64,000 nt of DNA, taken from the NCBI GenBank assembly GCA_050012755.1, contig JBEKGO010000001.1, positions 32,001-96,000 of the forward strand. The letters are read 5' to 3'. The notes beneath the pieces are model-generated. The model worked only from the letters and a program-made list of their open reading frames with translations, was not told the DNA's origin and searched no databases. The stretch comes from Candidatus Bathyarchaeia archaeon (GTDB lineage Archaea; Thermoproteota; Bathyarchaeia; Bathyarchaeales; Bathycorpusculaceae). The position numbers and the translations under genes were made by a program. Position 1 is the stretch's first letter. Every line of letters starts with the position of its first letter. Positions 8,420 through 17,977 of this stretch are shown here, in pieces.

Positions 8420-10039
8420 TTATTTGTTCTCAATGTCATCTATTATTTTTGTTTCTTTTTCTTCGCCTTTGCCAGTTTTTCTACGTTTATAAAACAGATA
8501 TCCAGAGGCTGAAACGATTATTACTATGACTACAGCAGCTACAACTGTTACAAATGGAAAAGAAGCAATGCTAAAATAAACAGTAGTTGAATCTGCATTG
8601 CCAACTTCATCTGTTGCGTAAATTGTTAAACGGTGAGATCCATCGGTTAATGCTGGCAAAGTGACATTTCCGATTATAGTGATATTGGTCTGGTCATCTA
8701 AACTATAAGATAAATCTTTGACTTTTTCATTGACGGTGAAAGTCAATTCTGTATCAGTTGAACCATATGTTTGGTTTTGTGGAATTAATATCTTGATGAC
8801 TGGAGGAATCGTATCTACCGAAAAGTAAACTATGTTAGAATAGCCCATGTTTCCTTGGCTGTCATTGGCATAAAGTATGATGCTATGTGACCCTTGAGAT
8901 AAACCAAGTAAGCTGGTATTAGTTCCTTCTTTTACAGTTATATTCCCTTGATTATCTAAACTGTATCCTATCCAGGAAGCACCCCTGTTGATGCTGAAAG
9001 TCAAGTTTACTTTAGAGTAAGTTATGTTTTCAGGAGAAGTGATCTGAAGTTTCGGCGGAACGGTCCCATAATCAGCTGGTTTGTACTGCTCATTTATGTT
9101 TAACCAATTTTGTCCGTCAAACCCGCCGATTGCATATAAAACATCATTTACGACTGCAAGAGCCAAATCTGCTCTCGGCGAGGATAATGATGTGCCTGTT
9201 GTCCATGAGTTGTTATAGGGATTATACACTTGAGTTTTGCTAGTTAAGACGTTCTGAGAATATCCACCTGCAAGATATAATCGGGCAGGCGCCAAATAGT
9301 CTTGAGTGGCTGCTGCAGCACCATAACTAGCGATCGTCAGCATATTTGCGGCTGAAGTCCAATTGTCTGTTTTGGGGTCATAAACTTGATTGGCGTCAAT
9401 TGAGGCGCTACTTTGTTGTTGAGCCGTTATAGTTTGTGAACCACCAACAATGTAGATTTTTCCGTTTATGGTTGCCGATTCGTATCCATACGAAGCAGTT
9501 GGGATAGATGTTTTAGTGGTCCAAGAATCATTAGCTGGATCGTAAACTTCGTTTAAGTTTGTTTCAGAGAAATAGGGATTTGTATTTGAATATTTTTTTC
9601 CGCCAATCAAATAGATTTTGTCATTTACTACGTTTGCACTTAAGTCGGATCGGGGCGTTGGCATAGAAGCTTTTGTTTCCCAAGTATTCGTGGAAGGATC
9701 ATATACTTCGTTGTTTCCAACAAAGCCATTGCCTACTGTTCCACCTATGACATATATTTTGCTATCATAAACAGCAATTGCGAAACCGCTTCTGGCTGTT
9801 GGCATTGGCATTTCTACAGTCCACGAATTCAAAACAGGGTCATATTGTTCATTATTGTTGACCGGCTCATTACCGTTCAAACCTCCGATAACATAGATTT
9901 TTCCATTAACAACTGCAACGCCTAGTCCACCTCGAGCTGTTGGCATAGGTGTCAATGTAGTCCATGAGGATTGTTCATTTTGCGCTTTAATGGCGGGGAA
10001 ATTGGATGCTGACAAAACAATCGTTGCAATAATAAGCAT
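8420..10039 (-). CDS. Secreted Kelch-repeat beta-propeller with two Ig-like domains and C-terminal membrane anchor
   Basis: Six repeats of MPTxR...KIYVIGG...YDP...W; duplicated PP.I.I.SP.N.TY...YSLD domains; TM + KRRK tail. Confidence 0.9.
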   Translation of the reverse strand: MLIIATIVLSASNFPAIKAQNEQSSWTTLTPMPTARGGLGVAVVNGKIYVIGGLNGNEPVNNNEQYDPVLNSWTVEMPMPTARSGFAIAVYDSKIYVIGGTVGNGFVGNNEVYDPSTNTWETKASMPTPRSDLSANVVNDKIYLIGGKKYSNTNPYFSETNLNEVYDPANDSWTTKTSIPTASYGYESATINGKIYIVGGSQTITAQQQSSASIDANQVYDPKTDNWTSAANMLTIASYGAAAATQDYLAPARLYLAGGYSQNVLTSKTQVYNPYNNSWTTGTSLSSPRADLALAVVNDVLYAIGGFDGQNWLNINEQYKPADYGTVPPKLQITSPENITYSKVNLTFSINRGASWIGYSLDNQGNITVKEGTNTSLLGLSQGSHSIILYANDSQGNMGYSNIVYFSVDTIPPVIKILIPQNQTYGSTDTELTFTVNEKVKDLSYSLDDQTNITIIGNVTLPALTDGSHRLTIYATDEVGNADSTTVYFSIASFPFVTVVAAVVIVIIVSASGYLFYKRRKTGKGEEKETKIIDDIENK

Positions 10040-10130
10040 TACTGTTAGGATCTGAATATGCTTATTGATTGATGAACCCCCACATGCCTCTTTTAGATAC
10101 TATGTAATGCTTTACCTTTATATTGTTTAA

Positions 10131-10337
10131 AGAATTTCGCAAAACTCAATTGAGCACACAGAAGACATAAGCATAGATGACAAGGGGAATATAATTTTTA
10201 GTATTCTTAGTACAGAAGGAAACTATTCTGGAAAACAGGTAGCTATTCTTGAAAACCTTATTAGAGGTTTGATTGTTGATTTAGCAAACGAAAAGGCAGA
10301 GTTATGGCTTCAAACTCAATTAGTTAAGAAGTCTTAA
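10131..10337 (+). pseudogene. Start-less gene fragment (about 68 codons)
   Basis: Open frame ...EDISIDDKGNIIFSILSTEG...WLQTQLVKKS* with no 5' start codon; its stop lies inside the 14-bp repeat. Confidence 0.35.
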
Positions 10338-10342
10338 ATCTG
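10329..10342 (+). promoter_or_regulatory. Copy 1 of repeated promoter-like element AAGTCTTAAATCTG
   Basis: Identical 14-mer at 31165 and 32192, variant at 32644; TATA-like TTAAAT core upstream of a small gene. Confidence 0.6.
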
Positions 10343-10388
10343 TAATGCTCAGAATAAGCTAAATAAATAAAAAAAGAAGATACGCAAA

Positions 10389-10739
10389 ATGGTTAGTAAA
10401 CTAATCATTGGTATTGTAATCGGTTTAGTGGTTGGTTTAGTGTTAGGAATAGCAATTAGTGAGGTTATTAAGTTTCCTACGAAAAGCGGAACTGGAACAA
10501 ACAATCAAGTGAAAGTATCAGGTACAATTAGTGAAACAGGATTTACCGAGATAGAATTCACCAACATAGTCTCAGGAAACAGTTCGAGTGCTCTTATCAT
10601 AAATCAGGCATACAGTATTTTGCTTGTAGGTGGGCAATCTTATACCGTTCAACTCCTTGGCTCATACGGTACTACATATCCTTTCACTCAAGGAGTAATT
10701 GTTCCATCAGGTGTAACGACCTTTACAGCGAACTTTTAA
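10389..10739 (+). CDS. Small N-terminally anchored hypothetical protein (beta-rich)
   Basis: N-terminal TM helix followed by a Ser/Thr/Gly-rich beta-type domain. Confidence 0.75.
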   Translation: MVSKLIIGIVIGLVVGLVLGIAISEVIKFPTKSGTGTNNQVKVSGTISETGFTEIEFTNIVSGNSSSALIINQAYSILLVGGQSYTVQLLGSYGTTYPFTQGVIVPSGVTTFTANF

Positions 10740-10885
10740 ATTATGCTAAACTCTATTATCGAGTCATTCAAGGGTTAAGATGTACTCAGTAAAAGCTTTA
10801 TTCTAAGAATCATTTATTAAAGTAGTTCTTTTTGAAATTGAAAAGGTTGTATAACTGTTATGTATCAAATAGTAGGTATTTACCC

Positions 10886-11797
10886 ATGATTACAGTAATT
10901 GGCGCCGGCAAAGTTGGAAGTGCAGCCGCTTTCGATATTCTTCGCTACAAAATAAGCGATGTCGTCTTAATTGATTCTAATGAAAATCAAGCAAAAGGAG
11001 AAGCCCTTGACATGATGCAGGCGGCGCCCGCTATCGAATTTGATGGAACAATCCGTGGAACAAGCGACTATAGCCAAATGGAAGGCTCAGAACTTGTAAT
11101 TGTCACCGCTGGGTTTGGCAGAAGACCTGACATGACCCGGTTTGATCTATTGAATACCAATGCCCAAATCATGCGATCAATCGTTAAAGAAGTTGTTAAA
11201 TATGCGCCTAAATGCAAGCTTATGATTGTTACAAACCCAGTTGACATCATGACTTATGTTGCTGCTCAAGAATCAGGTTTTCCCCGTTGTTGCTTGTTTG
11301 GCATGGGCAATATTTTGGATACAATGCGTTTTAGAACGTACATTGCAAATGAACTTAATGTTTCAAGAGAAGATACCCGCGCTTTGGTTATTGGTGAACA
11401 TGGTGACTCTATGGTTCCACTGGTTGAATACGCTTCTGTCTCAGGTATTCCTATAACAAACCTGCTAACTAAAGACCAGATTGAAAGAATAGTACATTTA
11501 ACGATATCATCAGGTGCGGATGTTATAAAACTTAAAGGCTCAACAATCTACGCTCCCGGAACCGTCATAGCCATAACGGCAGATGCAATTCTAACAGGAA
11601 GAAACCGTGTTATGAGCGTATCAACCTGTCTCAGTGGTGAATATGGTTTTTCAGACGTTTCAGTTGGCGTGCCCGTAGTTATTGGAAAACAAGGAGTTGA
11701 AAAAATAATTGAGCTAGAACTGTCAAATGAAACAAGAGAGCGTTTTGAGAAATCAGTTGCTATCATTAAGGAAGCGATAGCAGCACTAAAGAGCTAA
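10886..11797 (+). CDS. mdh: Malate dehydrogenase (LDH-like)
   Basis: GAGKVG, TAGFGRRPDMTR.DL, VTNPVD, LDTMRF, GEHGD. Start placed at ATG 10886. Confidence 0.92.
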   Translation: MITVIGAGKVGSAAAFDILRYKISDVVLIDSNENQAKGEALDMMQAAPAIEFDGTIRGTSDYSQMEGSELVIVTAGFGRRPDMTRFDLLNTNAQIMRSIVKEVVKYAPKCKLMIVTNPVDIMTYVAAQESGFPRCCLFGMGNILDTMRFRTYIANELNVSREDTRALVIGEHGDSMVPLVEYASVSGIPITNLLTKDQIERIVHLTISSGADVIKLKGSTIYAPGTVIAITADAILTGRNRVMSVSTCLSGEYGFSDVSVGVPVVIGKQGVEKIIELELSNETRERFEKSVAIIKEAIAALKS

Positions 11798-11866
11798 TGC
11801 TATTAAAAAAAGTTGACCTTTAGCTGGTTAAGGCTAAGGTCGCGTTAACAACAATCCAAAAAAATT

Positions 11867-11995
11867 TTAGCCGTGGACTTGGTTGGGGCGTGCACAGTAA
11901 AAGTTGCCGTTCAATCTTGTGAAGGCTGGGCATTTACCCTCGTGGCAATTTTCAAGCCATTGGCATGGTGACCTGACTTCATATATTCTAGGCAT
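11867..11995 (-). CDS. Small four-cysteine protein (about 42 aa; start uncertain)
   Basis: MPRIYEVRSPCQWLENCHEGKCPAFTRLNGNFYCARP with a Cx5Cx4Cx11C pattern. Confidence 0.4.
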   Translation of the reverse strand: MPRIYEVRSPCQWLENCHEGKCPAFTRLNGNFYCARPNQVHG

Positions 11996-12217
11996 ATATC
12001 CTTGAGAATTAAAAATTTCTTTTGATTTTTGTCTTTTAGAAATTTTTTCCATGACTGCTTCCATTTTAGAACACCTTTTGAAAATTTCTAATTTAAAATA
12101 GTAATGGCAAACGGTTGCTATTAAAACTGTGTTGCAGTTGCCAAGCAACCACAAAAGCATATAAGCACTAACTTGGCGGAGAAAAAAGCGAATGTTTCTA
12201 TACAAAGTGTTATTTAG

Positions 12218-13171
<954 letters not shown>

Positions 13172-13174
13172 CTT

Positions 13175-15391
13175 TTATGTAGAAGTAAAGCGGTCGAAGG
13201 TTGACAGTGCACTCATAGAGCCGCAGGATGGGCATTTATGCACTGTTCCAAACCAGCTTTTCTTGCAGTTATCACAGTAACTTATTATTCGGTTGTAAGT
13301 GAAGAACTCCAAGGATTGGTTTTCAATGAGGCGCCTGGTTAAATCCATTAAGGCTTCAGGCTTAACTTCAACACCATCTAACTCTATTATATCCAATGTT
13401 CCGCCCGCACTCAACCCCTTCATTTTTTGCGCCATATCTAACGTTTCAGGAGGAATAGTGAGGTTTTCAGCAGCTTTCACTTGGAATCTTCTGGCGGTTG
13501 AATAATACGGTTTTTCTCTGGTTCCTGAAAACTTCACTTTGGCCACACCATACTTCTCCACATCTAGTTGGGCAAGCCTCTCTGATGCTTCAGAATTACT
13601 AAGAATCACGGGGTAAAGGCGCTTTCCATGTTTTCTGCCGATTTTCTGTTTGAAAGCCAAAAGGTTCTGAATAATTTCATCGGCAAACTTGCGGCTCTCT
13701 TCGGAGTTAATGTTTTTTTCAGTGAAAGCTTCTACTGCTTCTCTGAACCCGGCTAAATTGATTATTCTGGAGCAGTTTTCAAGCCTGAAATATGTGTCTC
13801 CACTGGAGCTTTTCAATAGGAACGGCAAGGAGTTCTTTCCAAATTGCTTCAACGCGTTGTTTTTGATTCCAATGGTTCGGGCAGCAACTTCAAAACGTTC
13901 CCTTACAAGTTCGAAAAATTTGTTTTTGTCCTTCTCACTTTCTTGAGCGATTCTGGGCAAATTTATGGTCACGCAACCAAGACAGCCAGTGCGAAGGGTG
14001 TCGGTTTCCCAGTCTCCTGTTAGATCTGCTGAAAGTTTAGCTCCTGACGGTGAAAAAACTGTATTTTCAGTTTCTTTCTTTGTTAAGTTTGCAAAATAAG
14101 GTGTTCCTCTTTCTGCGGCTAATCGGTGGGCTTTAAGGAGAATTGCTTTGGTGTTTTCATCACCTAAACTGTCTTGGTTAATTTTTATAATTAGTTTAGG
14201 ATTAAGAAGTGGCTTCTTAGCATTCTCTTCCAAAAATACATCACAGACAAGTGTAGCTAAATTTTGGCTTTCTTGGACGAAATCACCATATTTTCCTGCG
14301 ATTTTTCCAAGTGGACCAACTGCTTCTTTTTCAGCGGTTGACTTTGGAATTGAAAGTTCAAGCACTAATGTAGATTCAGTATGCTGGTTCAAGTTCAAAA
14401 TAAACAAACGTAAATTTTCCTTTATTCTTGTGGTTTCAGCGCCTTTAGCAAAGGGTGCTAGGAAAACGTTGAAGTAATTGCATATTTGCCCCCGATTTGT
14501 TTCTTTGCTTGCATGCAAGAACACATTGAAAGCAATTGACAAGGCAGATTCAAAATCGCTTGGAGGCTCCATTGATGTTTGAAGTGGATTGTCCATTCTG
14601 ACGCCGTTTTGAAAGAAGAACCGCAGGTCATGGCTGACTTCGTTTGGTTTCAGTATCCATGTACCTAAACTGTCAATGTGGATGGCGCCTGAGAGGTGAG
14701 CGTCTGCGATGTCTCTTGGAAAAATGTTGAGTAACGTGTACTCGCTAAGGACGGTTTGGCCTGCCCTTGTAAGTAGTGTTGTTGAGTCTGTGGCTTGGTC
14801 TTTTGCTTCTATAGAAGCGGTTACCTCATGTACGGGCATGCCGACTCTTGTGAGTTTATGACGGTACTCTTCATACCCTTTCTCAATCAAAATGCCATTT
14901 ACAACTTCCCTGATTAAAGCAGCAGTCAAATACTTTGTTTTTGATTTGATTAGGCGTTTTTCAGTTTCTTTCGCAGCTTTTTGCGCAAGTTCAGCAGGCA
15001 CTTTTGCTTCTCTGATGAGAGAATTTGCTATTTTGTTTGCATCAAACTCTTCAAGTGTTAAATGGGATGTGCGAACCAGCATTCCCTTTGGCTTGAACGC
15101 CTTCTTTTCCACACGGTCTGCGACGTCAAGAACCATTTTGCCGAGGTCGGTTAGATAGTATTTTTTTGCTTCAACATCTGCCTCAACCAAATCTGCTTTT
15201 AACATAAATTTTAGGTGATAAGCGAATCTGCCTGCGTCTCGGCTAGGATTCATTTTTAGCTGGTTCATTAACTCAGTGTATGAGAGGGCGCTTTTGTCGA
15301 AAAGGAGGTTGAGGATTTGCAGTCTGAGGGGTGACGACACGGCTTTGAGCACTTTTACGCCGCGTGCACGTTGCGGTGGCTGATTTACCAT
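13175..15391 (-). CDS. ArsR-like wHTH + ATP-cone + class III ribonucleotide reductase (NrdD)-like protein, apparently catalytically degenerate
   Basis: N-terminal LRLQILNLL...LSYTEL...FAYHLKFM...YYLTDLG wHTH; VRTS...EEFDANKI...LIRE ATP-cone; NrdD motifs AHLSGAIHI, HDLRFF, VTINLPR; C-terminal CxxC...CPxC. Ends DRFTST instead of RITGY. Confidence 0.85.
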   Translation of the reverse strand: MVNQPPQRARGVKVLKAVSSPLRLQILNLLFDKSALSYTELMNQLKMNPSRDAGRFAYHLKFMLKADLVEADVEAKKYYLTDLGKMVLDVADRVEKKAFKPKGMLVRTSHLTLEEFDANKIANSLIREAKVPAELAQKAAKETEKRLIKSKTKYLTAALIREVVNGILIEKGYEEYRHKLTRVGMPVHEVTASIEAKDQATDSTTLLTRAGQTVLSEYTLLNIFPRDIADAHLSGAIHIDSLGTWILKPNEVSHDLRFFFQNGVRMDNPLQTSMEPPSDFESALSIAFNVFLHASKETNRGQICNYFNVFLAPFAKGAETTRIKENLRLFILNLNQHTESTLVLELSIPKSTAEKEAVGPLGKIAGKYGDFVQESQNLATLVCDVFLEENAKKPLLNPKLIIKINQDSLGDENTKAILLKAHRLAAERGTPYFANLTKKETENTVFSPSGAKLSADLTGDWETDTLRTGCLGCVTINLPRIAQESEKDKNKFFELVRERFEVAARTIGIKNNALKQFGKNSLPFLLKSSSGDTYFRLENCSRIINLAGFREAVEAFTEKNINSEESRKFADEIIQNLLAFKQKIGRKHGKRLYPVILSNSEASERLAQLDVEKYGVAKVKFSGTREKPYYSTARRFQVKAAENLTIPPETLDMAQKMKGLSAGGTLDIIELDGVEVKPEALMDLTRRLIENQSLEFFTYNRIISYCDNCKKSWFGTVHKCPSCGSMSALSTFDRFTST

Positions 15392-15641
15392 AAACCCTTA
15401 TCCCCTGCACTCCTAGATTGGTGCTCTACCTATATCTTAAGAGAAGATTTTAAACTTAACTAATGTTTTCTATATCCCAAAAAGTGTCGAACATTCATTG
15501 CATCAATTGCACTTCAGCGATGTTTTCTTAAAATTATTAATGTGCGTCCATTTTTGTAGCAGTAAACGAAAAAGCTTTTATCGTCAAATATTTTGTAGTA
15601 GTCCGTTATTAATTGAGAATTATTGCGAAGGCAACCTATAT

Positions 15642-17519
15642 TTGGTGAAAAACGCAAAGTTACCCGATAATGGAAAAACGGTTGATAAGACCCGTTCTGC
15701 ATCGTTGTACGCTCGGAGTCTCCTTGAAGCAAGCCTTGATCCTCTTGTAACAATCAGTGCTAAAGGAAAAATAACCGACGTTAACAGAGCCACAGAATTA
15801 GTTACTGGTTGTCCAAGAGAGCAATTGATTGGAAGCGATTTTTCAGATTACTTTACTGAATCCGAAAAAGCTAGAGTAGGCTACAAGAAAGTTTTCACAG
15901 ACGGTTTTGTTAAGGATTATCCTTTGGCTATCCGGCATAGGTCTGGAAAAATCACGGATGTCTTATACAATGCTGCCGTTTACAGGAATGAAACAGGCAA
16001 GATTCAGGGTGTCTTTGCTGCGGCGAGAGACATCACTGAGCGTAAGCAAGCTGAAGAGAAGCTGAAAAGCGCATATTTGTATTCTCGTAGTTTACTTGAA
16101 TCCAGCCTAGATCCCTTAGTCACCATCAGCGCCGACGGCAAAATCACAGACGTCAACCGCTCAACTGAGGAAGTCACAGGCTACAAACGTGAGCAATTAA
16201 TTGGAAGCGATTTTTCAGATTATTTTACGGAACCAGGAAAAGCTCGCCTAGGTTACAAAAAAGTGTTTACAGATGGGTACGTTAGAGATTACCCGCTTGC
16301 TATACGTCACCAATCTGGCAAAATCACTGATGTACTATACAACGCCACAATTTATAGAAATGAAGATGGCACAATTCAGGGAGTTTTCGCAGCTGCGCGG
16401 GACATTACCGAACGCAAAATAGCTGAACAAAAATTGTTAGCTGCCTCTCTTTATTCAAGAAGTTTAATCGAGGCAAGCTTAGATCCGCTAGTTACCATTA
16501 GCAAGGAAGGAAAGATTACCGATGTTAACATGGCAACTGAGGACGTTACCGGATACACCCGAGAAGAACTTATCGGTAGCGATTTCTCCGACTATTTCAC
16601 AGAACCCCGAGACGCAAGAGCAGGATACCAGAAAGTTTTCACCGAAGGCTTAGTCAAAGATTATCCATTGGCAATTCGTCATAAGTCAGGCAAAATCACC
16701 GACGTTTTATACAACGCGTCAATTTATCGAAACCCACAGGGCGACATACAGGGTGTTTTTGCAGCTGCAAGAGACGTAACCGAACGCAACGCAATGGAGA
16801 ACGAAATAAAACAAACCATGGAAAAACTCAAACAGTCAAATTCCGAATTAGAACAGTTTGCTTATGTAGCATCGCATGACCTTCAGGAGCCCCTGCGTAT
16901 GGTAGCAAGCTATGTCCAGCTTTTGGAGCGGAGATACAAAGGAAAACTAGATACGGAAGCAGACGAATTTATCGCTTACGCCGTTGATGGTGCCAACCGA
17001 ATGCGAGGATTAATTGAAGACCTCTTAACTTACTCACGTGTTAATAGACTCGGCAAGCCATTTGAACCAACAAATGTAGAATCAACACTCGACATTGTAC
17101 TTCTGAATCTGAAAGCATCGATAACAGAAAATAACGCTCTGGTAACGCATGATAAGCTTCCAATAGTGATGGCTGACGGCGGGCAACTTGTTCAGCTATT
17201 CCAAAACTTAATCGGCAATGCCATAAAGTTCCATGGAAAAGAGTCACCCCACGTACATGTGTCAGCTCAAGATAAAGAAAATGAATACATGTTTTCCGTA
17301 CAGGATAATGGAATTGGAATTGCCCCAGAATATTTCGATAGGCTTTTCAAGATTTTCCAGCGCCTGCATACCAGAGAAGAATATCCTGGCTCCGGAATAG
17401 GTCTTGCCGTATGCAAAAGAATCGTGGAACGCCATGGCGGACGAATCTGGATTGAATCACAAGTGGGAAAAGGTTCAACTATCTACTTCACATTAAACAA
17501 ACAAAAAAGGAGTGATTAA
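15642..17519 (+). CDS. Sensor histidine kinase with three tandem PAS domains
   Basis: 3x YxRSLxExSLDPLVTIS...VFAAARDITER repeats; FAYVASHDLQEPLR H-box; NAIKF, DNGIGI, GSGIGL boxes. Start TTG 15642 or GTG 15645. Confidence 0.93.
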   Translation: MVKNAKLPDNGKTVDKTRSASLYARSLLEASLDPLVTISAKGKITDVNRATELVTGCPREQLIGSDFSDYFTESEKARVGYKKVFTDGFVKDYPLAIRHRSGKITDVLYNAAVYRNETGKIQGVFAAARDITERKQAEEKLKSAYLYSRSLLESSLDPLVTISADGKITDVNRSTEEVTGYKREQLIGSDFSDYFTEPGKARLGYKKVFTDGYVRDYPLAIRHQSGKITDVLYNATIYRNEDGTIQGVFAAARDITERKIAEQKLLAASLYSRSLIEASLDPLVTISKEGKITDVNMATEDVTGYTREELIGSDFSDYFTEPRDARAGYQKVFTEGLVKDYPLAIRHKSGKITDVLYNASIYRNPQGDIQGVFAAARDVTERNAMENEIKQTMEKLKQSNSELEQFAYVASHDLQEPLRMVASYVQLLERRYKGKLDTEADEFIAYAVDGANRMRGLIEDLLTYSRVNRLGKPFEPTNVESTLDIVLLNLKASITENNALVTHDKLPIVMADGGQLVQLFQNLIGNAIKFHGKESPHVHVSAQDKENEYMFSVQDNGIGIAPEYFDRLFKIFQRLHTREEYPGSGIGLAVCKRIVERHGGRIWIESQVGKGSTIYFTLNKQKRSD

Positions 17520-17524
17520 AAGAT

Positions 17525-17974
17525 ATGAAAAGAGTTGATGCATTAGCGGTGGATATCTTATTGGTCGAAGACAACCCCGGAGACGTACGCTTAACCAAAG
17601 AGGCCCTAAAAGACGCAAAGGTACTAAATGAAATTTACGTAGCTAAAGACGGAGTTGAAGCAATGGAATTCTTACATAGACAAGGAAAATTTGCACAGGC
17701 GCCCATGCCCGACATGATTCTATTAGATTTGAATCTTCCAAGAAAAGATGGTCGAGAAGTCTTAGCAGAAATTAAAAAGGACCCAAAGCTCAAGCATATT
17801 CCAGTAATTATTTTAACTACTTCAAAGGCTGATGAAGACATAATCAAAACATACAATCTGCATGCAAACGCCTACATTACAAAACCTGTTGACCTGAACC
17901 GATTTGTTGAAATAATACATGCACTTGAAGAATTCTGGTTCACAATAGTGAAACTGCCACCAAAGGAGCAATAA
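17525..17974 (+). CDS. Single-domain response regulator (Rcp1-like)
   Basis: LLVEDNPGD, LLDLNLP, LTTS, YITKP, FWFTIVKLP. Confidence 0.93.
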   Translation: MKRVDALAVDILLVEDNPGDVRLTKEALKDAKVLNEIYVAKDGVEAMEFLHRQGKFAQAPMPDMILLDLNLPRKDGREVLAEIKKDPKLKHIPVIILTTSKADEDIIKTYNLHANAYITKPVDLNRFVEIIHALEEFWFTIVKLPPKEQ

Positions 17975-17977
17975 AGA

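Noticed and set aside
13175-15391. Annotation as a functional nrdD, or as a simple pseudogene
   Set aside because: The radical Gly motif is absent, yet the frame is intact with the Zn ribbon and an added HTH, so neither label fits.
17972-17974. Pyrrolysine/selenocysteine recoding at the in-frame stop
   Set aside because: The codon is TAA, not TAG or TGA, and TAG/TGA end many normal genes in this window.
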